Source: Octopus sinensis
Taxonomy: Eukaryota
Reading direction: 5' to 3'
DNA length: 64,000 nucleotides
NCBI RefSeq assembly: GCF_006345805.1
Contig: NC_043005.1
Coordinates: forward strand, 22,258,001 to 22,322,000
Below, in pieces: positions 11,641-25,577 of this stretch. The translations under genes and the position numbers were made by a program. The notes under the pieces were generated by a model that did no database searches, had not been told where the DNA came from, and saw only the letters and a program-made list of their open reading frames with translations. Position 1 is the stretch's first letter. Each line of letters opens with the position of its first letter.

Positions 11641-12862
11641 GGAAAGAAATAGAGTGACTCCTATGATGGAAAGAAATGAAGTGACTGACCTATAATTAGA
11701 GCATTCCAACCATGACCATCCCATCTTTCCCTATGAGCAGACAACCCAAGATCGCATTATCCTAGGTACTTTAAAAAATAAAAAGAAACACTAGGATGTG
11801 ATTTGAGAGAGCTTTGACTGCTATTTTTAGCAGGTCAAACGACCACAAAGCGACTCCTTCATTGACTTAATGATGATGGTGGTGATGAAAAATATGTATG
11901 ATTAGACAAGAATTTAATTCAAATTCTTTGAATGATTTGCTTTGCATAAAATTTCTGATAAAATTCTTGGTAAACTGCCAATAAAACTTCACATTGCTCA
12001 AGAAACTTACTGTGATAATCTTATGTATGAACTTTTTGTAAAGTTATATTCTAAACACTAGTGTAATAACAACACTAGTTATTTTATTAAAACTCCCCAA
12101 ATTCTTGATTAGTTTCAAGATTAATTGAAAGACATAAGTGGTATATACCATTAGAAAATTGGTTTTAAAAGAGTAAAATGGTTCTGTTTAGTTAACTGTA
12201 ATTAAGAACCAGAACATAATGTTGTTTAGAATTGTAAGTAGTAGAGGCTCTGTGTAAATAATGATTATTTTATTAGGTTGTAGTGCTGAATTCAAAACCT
12301 AGCACCAGGATAATTTGGAAGAAGGGAACCAACAGCTAGCTTGATACGCTGGAAAATACATGTCAAAGAAATACTTCATAGTAAAATTGAGAAGAAAATC
12401 TTTCTATGAACATTTAGATATAATTACTGAAAAAATTGTTTTATATTTATTACAAAAATAACTATAAATGTTTAGTTTTTTTAAAATTAATTTTGTTTTA
12501 TGCCAGAACATAAAGAAAAGCATTGCAAGTGAGAGGTATCTACCATCAAAACTGACCATAGTTTGAGATTGCAGTTATGATTAAAAAAACAACGTAATTT
12601 CTTTAATAATATGTTGTCAAACGTAGGTCTTGTATATGTCATAACTTCCTAGGAAGTTTATAATTATAGCTTTTGATTATTCATACCATTTTGGACAACG
12701 ATGCCAACCTTTTATAAAGAAATGGTGGCAACAAGATAAAATAATGGTGTTTTAAGGGTAGTATTATTTTTTTGTTTTTCTGTTACTTTATATTTTATTA
12801 TGTCAGAAATTTTAATTAGTGGCTTTGTCAGAAATCATTGTAAAATAATTACTATTATTATT

Positions 12863-13086
12863 AATGGCTGTAAGCTTGCAGAATTATTAGTATGCTGGAC
12901 AAAATGCTTAGCAGAAATTTGTCCATCTTCACAATCTGGTTCAAATTCTGCCAAGGTTGGCTTTGTCTTTCATCCTTTCGGGATCAATAAAATAAGTACC
13001 AGTCAAGTACAGGGGTCAATGTAATTGATTAACTCTTTCCTCTCAAAATTTCAGGTCTTGTGCCTAAAGAAGAAAGGGTTATTATT
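12863..13086 (+). mobile_element. SINE family A, decayed copy
   Basis: ttcaaattctgccaaggttggctttgtctttcatcctttcgggatcaataaaataagtaccag...ggtcttgtgcct. Confidence 0.7.
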
Positions 13087-16000
13087 AGAGCAGTGGCGTG
13101 CAGTAGTGGACTGACAGAATTGATAGAACAGCAGACAAAATACTAAGTGTTTACATAAAGGTAAACTGATTGTATACCTTTATAGTCTGAGTTTAAACCC
13201 CAATGATGTCAACTTTATCTTTCATCGGTTAAGTAATGAAGCCAATATAACTACCATTTTGAAACCGTGTGTCTAAGTTTGAAATTATTACAGCAGCATT
13301 GATTATAATAATAAGCATTGAAGATTATTATACAGAGAAAACTCCAATAATCTGTGAGCTTCCTCATTGTAGCTATATTATGTAACAACCATAATGTCAA
13401 TGTTTCATTTTTTTAAACCTATTTTTACTAGTTTTTTAACTTGTTCTAAAATTATAATCTTCATGTTCACATTGGGAAAAACAGAAAAAGTACTCCAACA
13501 TAAGATTATGATTTTTTTTACAAATATGCAAATCTTTAGATCTCCAACCATCATTAGTATTTTATTCCTGAGGATGAATATTATCTGAAAGTAGTTGCAA
13601 ACTATAAATCTGGAAATAAACACCTGATGATGATCAAAAATGAAACTGGTTAAAATGTTGTGTAGATTTAGATATATTGTAATGGTGCAGGCTCTTGTCT
13701 TGCCAGCTCCTGTCTCACTATCCAACCCATGCCAGCATGGAAGGAGGATATTAAACGATGATGATGATGATGATGGTGATGATGGTGAAAGATGTGTTTA
13801 ACTGTTGAGAAAAATATAAATTCTATTAAAACTTATCTCAAACATTTATGTTCATTAATTCCAACATACATTTGCCTGGAATACTATTACAAAACCAATA
13901 GAAAATATATAAGAAAGAGAATAGGATGATTATGAAAAAAGAAATATACACAAACTCCTTCCCTTAAAGAAGAATGTAGAGTAGTTGATCTTTTCCATTA
14001 CTTTTCTTACAAACAAAAATCATGTTTTGGTTATAAAGAAAGTAATGAGGTGACAAAATGGCAGAGTTATTGTATTGTCAGATAGAATACTTCATGATAT
14101 TTGTTCAAATCTTTGTGCTTTGAGTTCAAATTTTGCCAAGGTCAACTTTGTCTTTCATTTTTTTAATGTTGGTAACTAAAATACTAGAATGTGAAAATGT
14201 TGGACAAAAGGTCTATGGTATTTGTTCCAATTATCTGTGATTTGAGTTTAAATCCTACCACAGGGTGTAGACTAATCCATTATCTGATTTAACACTAAAA
14301 CTTGGCACCTTGGTTATTTTATCAGAGTCCATTCTAATGCAAGCATTTCAGCCAGATCTCTAGTTTAAGGATACTTTCCTCTCTACTTCTCATTGATCTT
14401 TGAGGCCTTGTAATGAGTTACAAGCCATCGCCTTTCCTGCTGGTTAAAAGATTAAAGGTCCACCAGAGATACAATGTAATATATAGTAAACTGACTGACT
14501 AAGGGACTTATGAAGATGATAGTTGCACAGGTGTATTTGTAAGTGGAAGCACCAATGATATGCTGGGAGGGTTCACCAGACAATAGTTTCCACCAGGTGA
14601 GTGAGCCAAGTTGTACTGCAGGCTGTTATATTGAAAGCATAATATCTACTGTAAGGAAGGAATGGCGTTCTGGTAATACTGAGAATTCCTATTTAATTGA
14701 CTGCAATACAAGGAAAACAACCACATATCTCTCCAATCAGAACAAATTATAAGTCTTTTAAAAAATATCTCATGATGTAATCCAAAATACACCATATCCT
14801 GATCATAAGACTGTTTATTCAGGGTTAATCTGGGGTTAGACAACAACAGCAAAGAGTTTCTTAATGAAAAAGGAAAACTGTTAAGAAGGATGTTTAAAAA
14901 TCTTATTGTATGGTAGGAGTCATGAATGTTGAATAAGAAGATCTCCAGGAGTAGAAGAGAAATATAATGGATACAATCATATTAGACAAATACACTGAGA
15001 GAGTGGCTGGGCAAGGCAGAGTAGATATTAGTTGAAATGAGCATTGAAAACAATAACATTGGTAACGTGATATAATCCTACCTACCTACCTACGCATCTA
15101 TCTATCTATCTATCTATCTATCTAGCTATCTAGCTAGCTAGCTAGCTAGATATCTGTCTAACTGCCTGTCTGTCTGTCATGATAAATAGATATATAGCTA
15201 GCTAGCTAGATAGGTGGATTACTGGGAAAATGTCCAGAAGTAAGAGAGGAATGTATTGGACGTGATCATATTACACAAATGAACTGAGAGAGTGACAGAA
15301 CATGAAAGATATTAATTGAAGTGGTTAGTAGAGACGACACTGTTGGTACAGACAAAGATGATTCCTAGTTGAAGATGTATTGGGGACTTCAAGTGGAAAT
15401 AACCCACGCCAAAAAAATATCAAGAAAAACAATTGTTTAGCCTGAATTCAGCCCTGATCGAGGAATGAGATCCAATATCGAAAGCAATCCATCCATGACA
15501 ATCACCTTTGTTTTCAGGTATAGTGGAGAAAATCCTAAAATAAATGATGTTATAGGAGATTTGATTGCTATTTCTAGCATTTCGTACAACATTATACAGG
15601 CTGTATTTTTGGCCCATGAGGAAATTTGTTACGGAAGATATGAGGAAGAAATGATAACTTTGAGGCGAATGGTAATATGCAGTACATTCAATCTAAATTA
15701 ATACGAAACGGTTCTAATCTAAGGGAAATAAATCCTATACACGGGAGGTAACTCGGTCTAATCCTAACATTTTCCGATGCTTTACAGCAAATTTCAAGCG
15801 AAGTGAGTTGAGGTTACGAGTCATAGAAAATCTTCTTAAAGAAGTTAACGAGGCATATGTAATGAATGATTCAGACGGAGTTTATCTATACATGACACTC
15901 AGTGTTATTAACATTTTATATAATGAATGAAATGACAAAACAGTTCTGTTTCCTAAAACTGCTTTTTCAAAGTAAAAACCAGGTAAGCAATTTTAGCTAT

Positions 16001-16723
16001 TATACGTTAAAAGCTTTTAATATTTCGTCCGTGTATTTGTTTGAAAATTCATTTGAAATGAGATCGTGGTGTGTTGAAATAAAAAAAAAAAAGAAAAAAA
16101 AACAAAAAAAGAAAAAAGACGTATTCTGAAAATATTTTATTTTGCATTTTCGTATTTTATTACATAGTAGGAATTGAGTGGAATTTCCACGGATATTTTG
16201 AAAATTGTAAGATGTAATTCGATATTTTTCTGAACTATTTGACGTTTGAGATTGCATAAAAGACAACATAGATAAAAGTAAAGGTGGAATCCGAAGAAAC
16301 AAGGTCCCTATACTTTCTATATTCTAGTGTGTTTTACTTTGTAAGTTTTATCTATCAATTTTCGCTTTAGGTAAAGAAGTAAACTATCTTTAAAAGAGAA
16401 TAACATTGAAAATATCATTTATAATATTCTCTAACTATATGTTGCTAAAGCTTTTACAGAACTTTGTACATTTATTTGATGAAAAAAACCCACTAAAACC
16501 ACCTTACTTAAAACGTTGTCACTCTTTCTCTTTACGTCAATTGTCGTCCATATTTGTCTATTTGAGCAGACGACAATTGATTGTGCAAACGCGCATGCGT
16601 TAAATGATAGCCGATAAAAACCAGACACAAAACGACCCTTCACTGTCCAACCGCCACGTCCATAATCGAATATTCCTTGTAATTACTATTAGCACCCACT
16701 TCATTATCTATCCATCTATCTAT

Positions 16724-16844
16724 GTATTGATCGCTTTTTTTTCTATTGTTTTTTCTTCTTTTTCCTTTTCCACCTCCGAAAAGAAAAGCTCTACATTTGT
16801 AATTGTCCCCTCTGTGTCCAGCCCTGTGTGGCCAATAAAGAAAG

Positions 16845-16845
<1 letters not shown>
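16724..16845 (+). mobile_element. L1/Tx1-like retrotransposon, 3' UTR-only copy inside (TATC)n
   Basis: tattgatcg...cagccctgtgtggccaataaagaaagt then (TATC)n; the 5' flank is tatctatccatctatctat. Confidence 0.8.
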
Positions 16846-16902
<57 letters not shown>

Positions 16903-16979
16903 GTCTGTCTGTCTTGTCAGTTAGTTTGATAGATAGATAGATAGATAGATAGATAAATAAATTAATAGATAAATAGGCA

Positions 16980-17705
16980 CTGATCTATCTACCAGTATAT
17001 ATAACCGCGCCGCCATCTATCAGTCGGTCCACCTGTTCATCCGCCCGTCTTTTCACCAATCTCTTGTTTTTTCCATGAAGAAGGAAACAGCTGCCATTTT
17101 CTACCCCTCCACCCACGATAAAGCAGCCTTATGACCATGTTTATCAAATGGCGTGTCTTGCATTATATGATATGTATTTTTTAAGATTTCATCTATAATT
17201 AGAGGATTATGCAGATGTTCTTCCCAGTAAAGCAGTCGCCCACATACAGGAGTCTATTGTTACTAGATACGACTTTCCTTCATTACACTAAATTGTATGT
17301 ATTCTCTACAGCTACCTGTTGTACTAATAGGGCCATTTATTTAATAAAACTATTGACTATGTCTGGTGAACACTTAAAGCAGTACATGCACTTCCTTTCG
17401 TTGATGCTTCAACTTACAGCTGCTTCTGTGTAATTATCCACTTCATATAATGTCCTCAGTTTGTTAGTTCACGATATATTTATCACATTGCTTTTCTTGT
17501 GGTGTTTTAAAAACTTTTAGACAGGAAATAAGCTCTGGCTGATGGATGGAGGACGGATGGATAGATGGAAAGACGGGTGGATGGATTGAGAGACCGACAG
17601 ACAGACGGATTGTTGAAAAAACGGGGACGGATTGATCGATGGGTAAAAAGACAGGTGGACGGACTGATCGATGGAGGGGCGCATATATATTTTAGTAGGA
17701 AGATC
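16980..17705 (-). repeat. Inverted copy of part of the array module, with inverted-repeat ends
   Basis: 17080-17530 is the reverse complement of ~27680-28100 and 23900-24070. ~16980-17060 is an inverted match to ~17610-17705. Confidence 0.75.
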
Positions 17706-17708
17706 ACA

Positions 17709-18037
<329 letters not shown>

Positions 18038-18631
18038 AGTTTCTTTATTGGCCACACAGGGCTTCACACAGATGGGACAAGTTACTAGGTAGAGCTTTTC
18101 TTTTGGGGGATGAAAAAAACAAAAAACAAAAGAAAAAAAGAAAGAAAAAGGGGTGGCGTAAGTTTTCGATCAAGAGGGATCGTAAAAGGGAAGGAAAGAA
18201 CAAAAAAATTAAATAAATAAAATAAAAAATAAAAAGAATAATAAGAAAAGAAAAGAAAAGGAAAAGGAACAAAAGAAAAGAGAAATGAAAAAAGAAGAAA
18301 AAAGGGGGAAAAAAAAGGGGAAGAGGAAAAAAAGAACGATCAATAGGGATCGTGTATCACAGTGTTATGATATATGGTGTAAAGGGGAAAGCAAGTAAGG
18401 TTTATCCGTGGGAAGAAAAGTTACGAAAAAGACCACGGTAACCTTGGTCAATATTGTTATATGTTACCACATTTGTTTGCAAGTGGGTAACCCTCTGTTT
18501 TCAATTTCTGGGTTCACAGGATTATGCTCAAGGTGGCTTCGTCATTCATACGTGCCATCCTTGCTACATTCACCCATCTTTTTTTAAAACATTCGCTAGA
18601 CAAAACTTGCCTCTCTACTCTCACTTTCTTT
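18038..18631 (-). mobile_element. L1/Tx1-like retrotransposon, 5'-truncated (ORF2 end plus 3' UTR), inside (GATA)n
   Basis: Reverse complement of 22790-23200 and 26580-26940. Flanked by (GATA)n on the left and tagatagata on the right. Confidence 0.88.
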
Positions 18632-19102
18632 AGATAGATAGGTGGATTACTGGGAAGATGTCCATAAGTAAGAGAGGAATGCATTGGACGCGATCATATT
18701 ACGCAAATGAACTGAGAGAGTGACAGAACATGAAAGATATTAATTGAAGTGGTTAGTAGAGACAATACTGTTGGTACAGACAAAGATGTTTCCTAGTTGA
18801 AGATGTATTGGGGACTTCAGATGGAAAGAACCCACGGCAAAAAAATATATAAAAAAAAACAATTGTTTAGCCTGAAATCAGGCCTGATCGAGCAATGAGA
18901 TCCAATATTGAAAGCAATCCATCCATGACAATCACCTTTGTTTTCAGGTATAGTGGAGAAAAACCTAAAATAAATGATGTTATGGGAGATTTTATTGCTA
19001 TTTCTAGCAGTTCGTACATTATACAGGCTCTATTTTTGGCTCATGAGGAGATTTGTTACGGAAGAAATGATAACTTTGAGGCGAATGGTAATATGCAGTA
19101 CA

Positions 19103-19500
19103 TCTTTATATATAAAAGTCAAGTTGTGTGTCTGTCTCCTACGATTTAGATTCCTAACTACTCCCACATTTTGCGGTGCAGTTTAACCAAAACCGGGTAT
19201 CTTATAGTTGTGATTCATATCGAGCCCTTCTGGGCATTAGCGCGCGTCTACGATGAGTCTACGATTAAAAAAAAAATTAACCATCAATTTTTTTCCATTG
19301 TAATGCATTTTTTTCGCAATTATATAAGGGAAGTAACTCTCTAAAAATGTCTACGATCAATCAACGATTAAAAAAAAAATTACCATAGTTTATTTTCCAT
19401 TTTTAATGCATTTTTTGCTATAATTTGGCTATAAGTCTCTAAAAATGCATATATAGTTATTTCCCTTACAAATCCGAGCAACGCCGGGCGATACAGCTTG
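19103..19500 (+). mobile_element. Non-autonomous Helitron
   Basis: 5' TCTTTATATATAAAA; 3' hairpin ccgagcaacgccggg followed by CTTG. Inserted between A and T with no TSD (empty paralog gcagtaca^ttcaatct at ~15680). Contains an internal ~110-bp tandem duplication. Confidence 0.85.
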
Positions 19501-20454
19501 TTCAATCTAAATTAATATGAAACGGTTCTAATCTAAGGGAAATAAATCCTATACACGGGAGGTAACTCGATCTAATCATAACATTTTCCGATGCTTTACA
19601 GCAAATTTCAAGCGAAGTGAGTTGAGGTTACGAGTCATAGAAAATCTTCTTAAAGAAGTTAACGAGGCATATGTAATGAATGATTCAGACGGAGTTTATC
19701 TATACATGACACTCAGTGTTATTAACATTTTATATAATGAATGAAATGACAAAACAGTTCTGTTTCCTAAAACTGCTTTTTCAAAGTAAAAACCAGGTAA
19801 GCAATTTAAGCTATTATACGTTAAAAGCTTTTAATATTTCTTCCGCGTATTTGTCTGGAAATTCATTTGAAATGAGATCGTGGTGTGTCGAAACTAGAAA
19901 AAAAAAAGAAGAAAAGAAACAAAACAAAAAAGATGTATTCTGAAAATATTTCATTTTGCATTTTCGTATTTTATTACATAGTAGGAATTGAGTGGAATTT
20001 CCACGGATATTTTGAAAATTGTAAGATGTAATTCGATATTTTTCTGAACTATTTGACGTTTGAGATTGCATAAAAGACAACATAGATAAAAGTAAAGGTG
20101 GAATCCGAAGAAACAAGGTCTCTATACTTTCTATATTCTAGTGTGTTTTACTTTGTAAGTTTTATCTATCAATTTTCGCTTTAGGTAAAGAAGTAACCTA
20201 TCTTTAAAAGAGAATGACATTGAAAATATTACTTATAATATTCTCTAACTATATGTTGCTAAAGCTTTTACAGAACTTTGTACATTTATTTGATGAAAAA
20301 ACCCCTCTAAAAACACCGTACTTAAAACGTTGTCACTTTCTCTTTACGTCAATTGTCGTCCATATTTGTCTATTTGAGCAGACGACAATTGATTGTGCAA
20401 ACGCGCATGCGTTAAATGATAGCCGATGTTACTATTACTATTATCATCCCATTC

Positions 20455-20517
<63 letters not shown>

Positions 20518-21492
20518 GTCTATCTGTCTGTCTGTCTGTCTGTGTCTGTCTGTCTGTCTGTCTGTCTGTCTTTCATGTTCTGTCACTCGGAGTTTATCTA
20601 TACATGACACTCAGTGTTGTTAACTTGATATATAATGTATGAAATGACAAAACAGTTTTGCTTCCTAAAACTACTTTTTCAAAATAGAATTCAGGTAAGC
20701 AATTTTAACTTTTATACGTTAAAAACTAAATATTTCTTTTAAGCGCATTTAAATATTTGTTTTGTTGACAATTCACTTGGTATGAGATTGTGGTGTGTTG
20801 AAGCTAAAGGAAAAAAAATGTATCGTGGTAGTATTTTCTTTGATATTTTATTACATAGTAGGAATAGAGTGGAATTTCCACGGATATTTTGGAAATTGTA
20901 AGATGAAATTCTATATTTTTCTGAACTATTTGAGTTTTGAGATTGTATAAAAGACAACATAGATAGAACTAAAGGAGAAATCTGAACGAGGCATATCTAA
21001 TGAATGTTTCAGACGGAGTTTATCTATACATGGCAATCAGAGTTATTAACATGTCATATAATGTATGTAGATAGAACTAAAGGAGAAATCTGAAGAAACA
21101 ATGTTTCTGACAGCTATATTCTAGCATGTTTTGTGAGTTTTATCTATCATTTTTCACTTTATGTAAAGAAGTAAGCAATCTTAAAACTTGAACAATATTG
21201 AAAATATCATTTATCGCAATATTCAGTAACTGTATGCTAGTAAAGTTTTTACAGAATTTTGTACGGTTACTTGAAAGAAAAACAAATGACAAAAAATCGT
21301 AATAACACCGTACTTAAAACCTTGCCACTTTTTCTCTTACGTCAGCTGTTGTCCCTTTTTGACTATTTGAGCAGACGACAATCGATTGTGCTAACGCGCA
21401 TGCGTTAAATATAAAAGGTAATGAAGAAGTAAACCATTCTTTTCGCTGGTCGTAACCAAATAATCTCTGCTAATATCACCACCACCATCACT

Positions 21493-23201
21493 GAGCGTGC
21501 CTGCATACGTGGACGACGTCACTGTCATAGTGTCTAGCCACGAGCTCATCGAGCAGGTCGGCGAGACACTGAAAGACTACGAAGCGGTGACAGGAGCGAA
21601 AATCAACCGGGAAAAGTCAGTGGGCTTGCGACTAGGCACCTGGTGAAGCAAGCCCATGCCGTCCACCAGCGCCTCCGTCGTGGGACGCATGACCGACGGC
21701 CCGGACGAGTTGCTCGGGGTCTGGTTCGGTCCGGACCTCCAAGTGGAGAAGAACTGGAACGAGTTAACGAGTAGGGTGGTCACTCTCGCTCGGCAATGAG
21801 CCGAGAGGAAACTGTCCCTAAAAGGTCAGGCGGAGGTGGCAAACACGTACATCGCATCCGTCATCTACTACCGCCTGACCGTCGTGCCTTGTCTCGACCC
21901 TACCATCACCAAACTAGAACGCATTCTCTTTCGCTTCTTGTGGAAAGGATGCGTCCCGATGGTCAGGCGATCCATTTGCTGTCAACACCCGTTAAAAGGA
22001 GGACTGGGCATGCCGTGGTTGATGATGCACAGACACGCGCTGAGACTGCGACATCTCAGGCTCTACGTAGACGACGGTGAACAGGTGTGGTCGCCGTTTG
22101 TGAGGCACGCTTTCCCGCAGCTCGTCTCCATGACCGAACTGCAGTCGTGGATCAAAAAGAGGCCAAGGAAGGGCGAATGACACCGCGAGTGTCGCGTTGC
22201 TCTCAAGCAACTATGCCGTCCTGGGTCGATCTTGAGTGACTCCATCACAACCAAAGCATTCTATAGGGGATTAGTGGAGGGGAGGTACGACGACGATCTT
22301 GCGGCGAACCTGGACGTCGACGAGGAATACCTGACCCGCCTGTTCGGGACGACTTTCCGGCGAGGGCCCATGGACAACTTCCAGAGATCCCTGGCCTGAC
22401 AGTGCTACCGAGAAGCGCTACCCGTTCGGGATAAGCTCTACAGACACGGCTCGAGAAACACTGGGCCGACCTGCTCGAGATGCGGTCAGAGCGACGAAAC
22501 CGTTCTGCACGCACTCGTGCAGTGTCCAACAATTTCGGACCTGTGGGCTTATGTCGAACGACTGCTGTCACGTGTGGGACGAGTCGGTTTATCAGCTGAG
22601 TCTATTGTGAATATTGTCACGCCTCCTTCCTTCAAACGGGAAGGAAGAGCTATTTTTATCATCCTTGTGGATATGGCGAAAGAATGTATCTGGTGGACGC
22701 GTCTGAAAGGTCTAGAGACAAACACTTTCCTCTCTGGTCAATCTCTCACCAACTTCTTCAAGTATCACCTGAAGAGAAAGGTGAGGGTAGAGAAGGAAGG
22801 TTTGTCTAGTGAATGTTTCAAATAAAGATGGGTGAAAGTAGCAAGGATGGCACGTGTGAATGACGGAGCCAGCTTGAGCATAATCCTAGGACCCCCCCCC
22901 AAAAGAAAAGAGGAAAAAAGAGAGACTCTGCAATGTGTTTTTTTTTTTGCATGACATTATTGCCCAAGGTTATGGTGGTCTTTTCCGTAGGCTTTTCTTT
23001 CCACGGATAAATCTAATCTGTTTTCCATTTTTACATTGACATTTCTGTGATACACGATCCCTATTGATCGGCTATTTTTTTTCGAAGATCCATTTTGATC
23101 GAAATTCGACCCACTTTTTTTTCTCTTCTTCCCAAAAAGAAAAGCTCTACTTTGTATTTTGTCCCCTCTGTGTTCAGCCCTGTGTGGCCAATAAAGAAAC
23201 A
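21493..23201 (+). mobile_element. L1/Tx1-clade non-LTR retrotransposon, 5'-truncated, dead (RT C-terminus, CCHC knuckle, 3' UTR)
   Basis: One frame reads AYVDDVTVIV...YEAVTGAKINREKS...NTYIASVIYYRLTV...CSRCGQSDETVLHALVQCP, with in-frame TGA at 21644, 21797, 22178 and 22397. AATAAA at 23190 is followed by (TATC)n from 23202. Confidence 0.9.
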
Positions 23202-23314
<113 letters not shown>

Positions 23315-23382
23315 GTCTGTCTGTTTGTGTATGTGTGTGTGTGTATGTGTGTGTGTGTGTATGTGTGTGTGTGTGTGCATGT

Positions 23383-23433
<51 letters not shown>

Positions 23434-25335
23434 TCTGTGTGTCTGCTTACGTATCGAACTACATAACTGTTTGCCTGCCTACATGTCTACGGCTACTGTA
23501 CGTTGGTAAAATTTTCACAAATACGCCAGTGAAAAAAAAAGGGGTAAATAAAATGAATTAATCAAAATAGATCCGTAATCATTCTTTCTCTTGATGTGTT
23601 TCTCTTGCGTGCCTACATATCTAAGGCTATAGTAAGCTGGTAAAGTTTGTTCAATACGGCTGTGAAAATTAAATAAATACATAAGTTAATTAATTAAAAT
23701 AAGTTAATTAACTAAAATGTGCCCGTACTCACGCTTTCTCTTGACGTTTAATGTTAACAATATGTTATAAACAAATGAATATAAGTTACGATTGAGCAGA
23801 CGACGATTAATTGCATGAACGTACATGCATTAAATGAAGGGCAATATTTAAAGATAGTACCTTTTCACTGACCAATCACTATCTAGGCATCTTAAGCTTG
23901 TATGTGGGTGACTGGTTTACTAGGAAGAGCATCCACATAATCCTCTGATTACAGATGAAGTCTTAAAAAATACATCACATATAATCCCAGACACGCCATT
24001 TGATAAACATGATCATAAAGATGTTTTCTCAGAGGTGACAAGGGGTAGAAAATGGCAGCTGTTTCTTTCCCAACAGAAAAAGACAAATCTATGTTGAAAC
24101 ATTTAAACAAATATAAAGGAAATCATACGTGGGTTAACGGGAAGATGTCCAGAAGTAAGAGGGCAATGCATTGGATACGATCATATTACACAAATGAACT
24201 GAGAGAGTGACAGAACATGAAAGATATTAACTAAAATGGCTAGCGGAGACAATATTGTTACTACAGATAAAGATGGGTGTTAGTTAAAGATGCAATGGTG
24301 GAAAGAATCCACGGCAAAGGAATATAAAAAAAAAAGCAGTTCTTTAGCTTGAAGTCATACCTGATCGAGCGATGAGATCCAACATCGAAGGCAATTCATT
24401 CATGACAATCACCTTTGTTTTCAGGTATAGTGTACTTTGGAGAAAATCCTAAAATAAATGATGTAATGTTAAGGGAGATTTCATTGCTATTTCTAGCATT
24501 TTGTGCAAAATTATACCGGCTCTATTTTTGGCTCATGGGGAGATTTGTTACGAGAGATATGAGGAAGAAATGGTGATGTTAGCTTTCAGGATGTTGTTAA
24601 TCACAAAAGAGATGACAAAAGATGAGGGGCGAATGGTAATATGTAATACGTTCAATCTGAATCAGAATGAAATGGTTCTGGTCTAAGGGAAATAAATCCT
24701 ACGCACGGGAGGCAACTCGGTCCAATCGTAACATTTTCCGATGCTTTACAGCATATTTCAAGCAAAGTGCGTTGAGGTTACGAGGCATAGAAAATCTTCT
24801 TAAAGGAGTTAACGAGGCATATGTAACGAATGCTTCAGACGGAGTTTATCTATACATGACACTCAGTGTTATTAACATGTTATATAATGTATGTAGATAG
24901 AACTAAAGGAGAAATCTGAAGAAACAATGTTTCTGACTGCTATATTCTAGCATGTTTTACTTTGTGAGTTTTATCTATCATTTTTCACTTTATGTAAAGA
25001 AGTAAGCAATCTTAAAACTCGAACAATATTGAAAATATCATTTATCGCAATATTCAGTAACTGTATGCAAGTAAAGTTTTTACAGAATTTTGTACGGTTA
25101 TTTGAAAGAAAAACAAATGAAAAAAAATCGTAATAACACCGTACTTAAAACCTTGCCACCTTTTCTCTTAACATCAGCTGTTGTCCATATTTGACTATTT
25201 GAGCAGACGACAATCGATTGTGCTAACGCGCATGCATTAAATATAAAAAGTAATGAAAAAATAAACCATTCTTTTCGCTGTCCAAATACTACGTTCGTAA
25301 CCAAATAATCTCTGCTAATATCACCATCACCATCA

Positions 25336-25463
<128 letters not shown>

Positions 25464-25474
25464 TTATCTATCTA

Positions 25475-25547
<73 letters not shown>

Positions 25548-25577
25548 GTATCTGTCTGTCTGTCTGTCTGTCTGTCT

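Noticed and set aside
15465-16129. ORFs repeated across module copies (MRSNIESN..., MLLTFYIM..., NIFRCFTA...)
   Set aside because: Shared only because the copies are recent. They break in more diverged copies, and one includes a MITE fragment.
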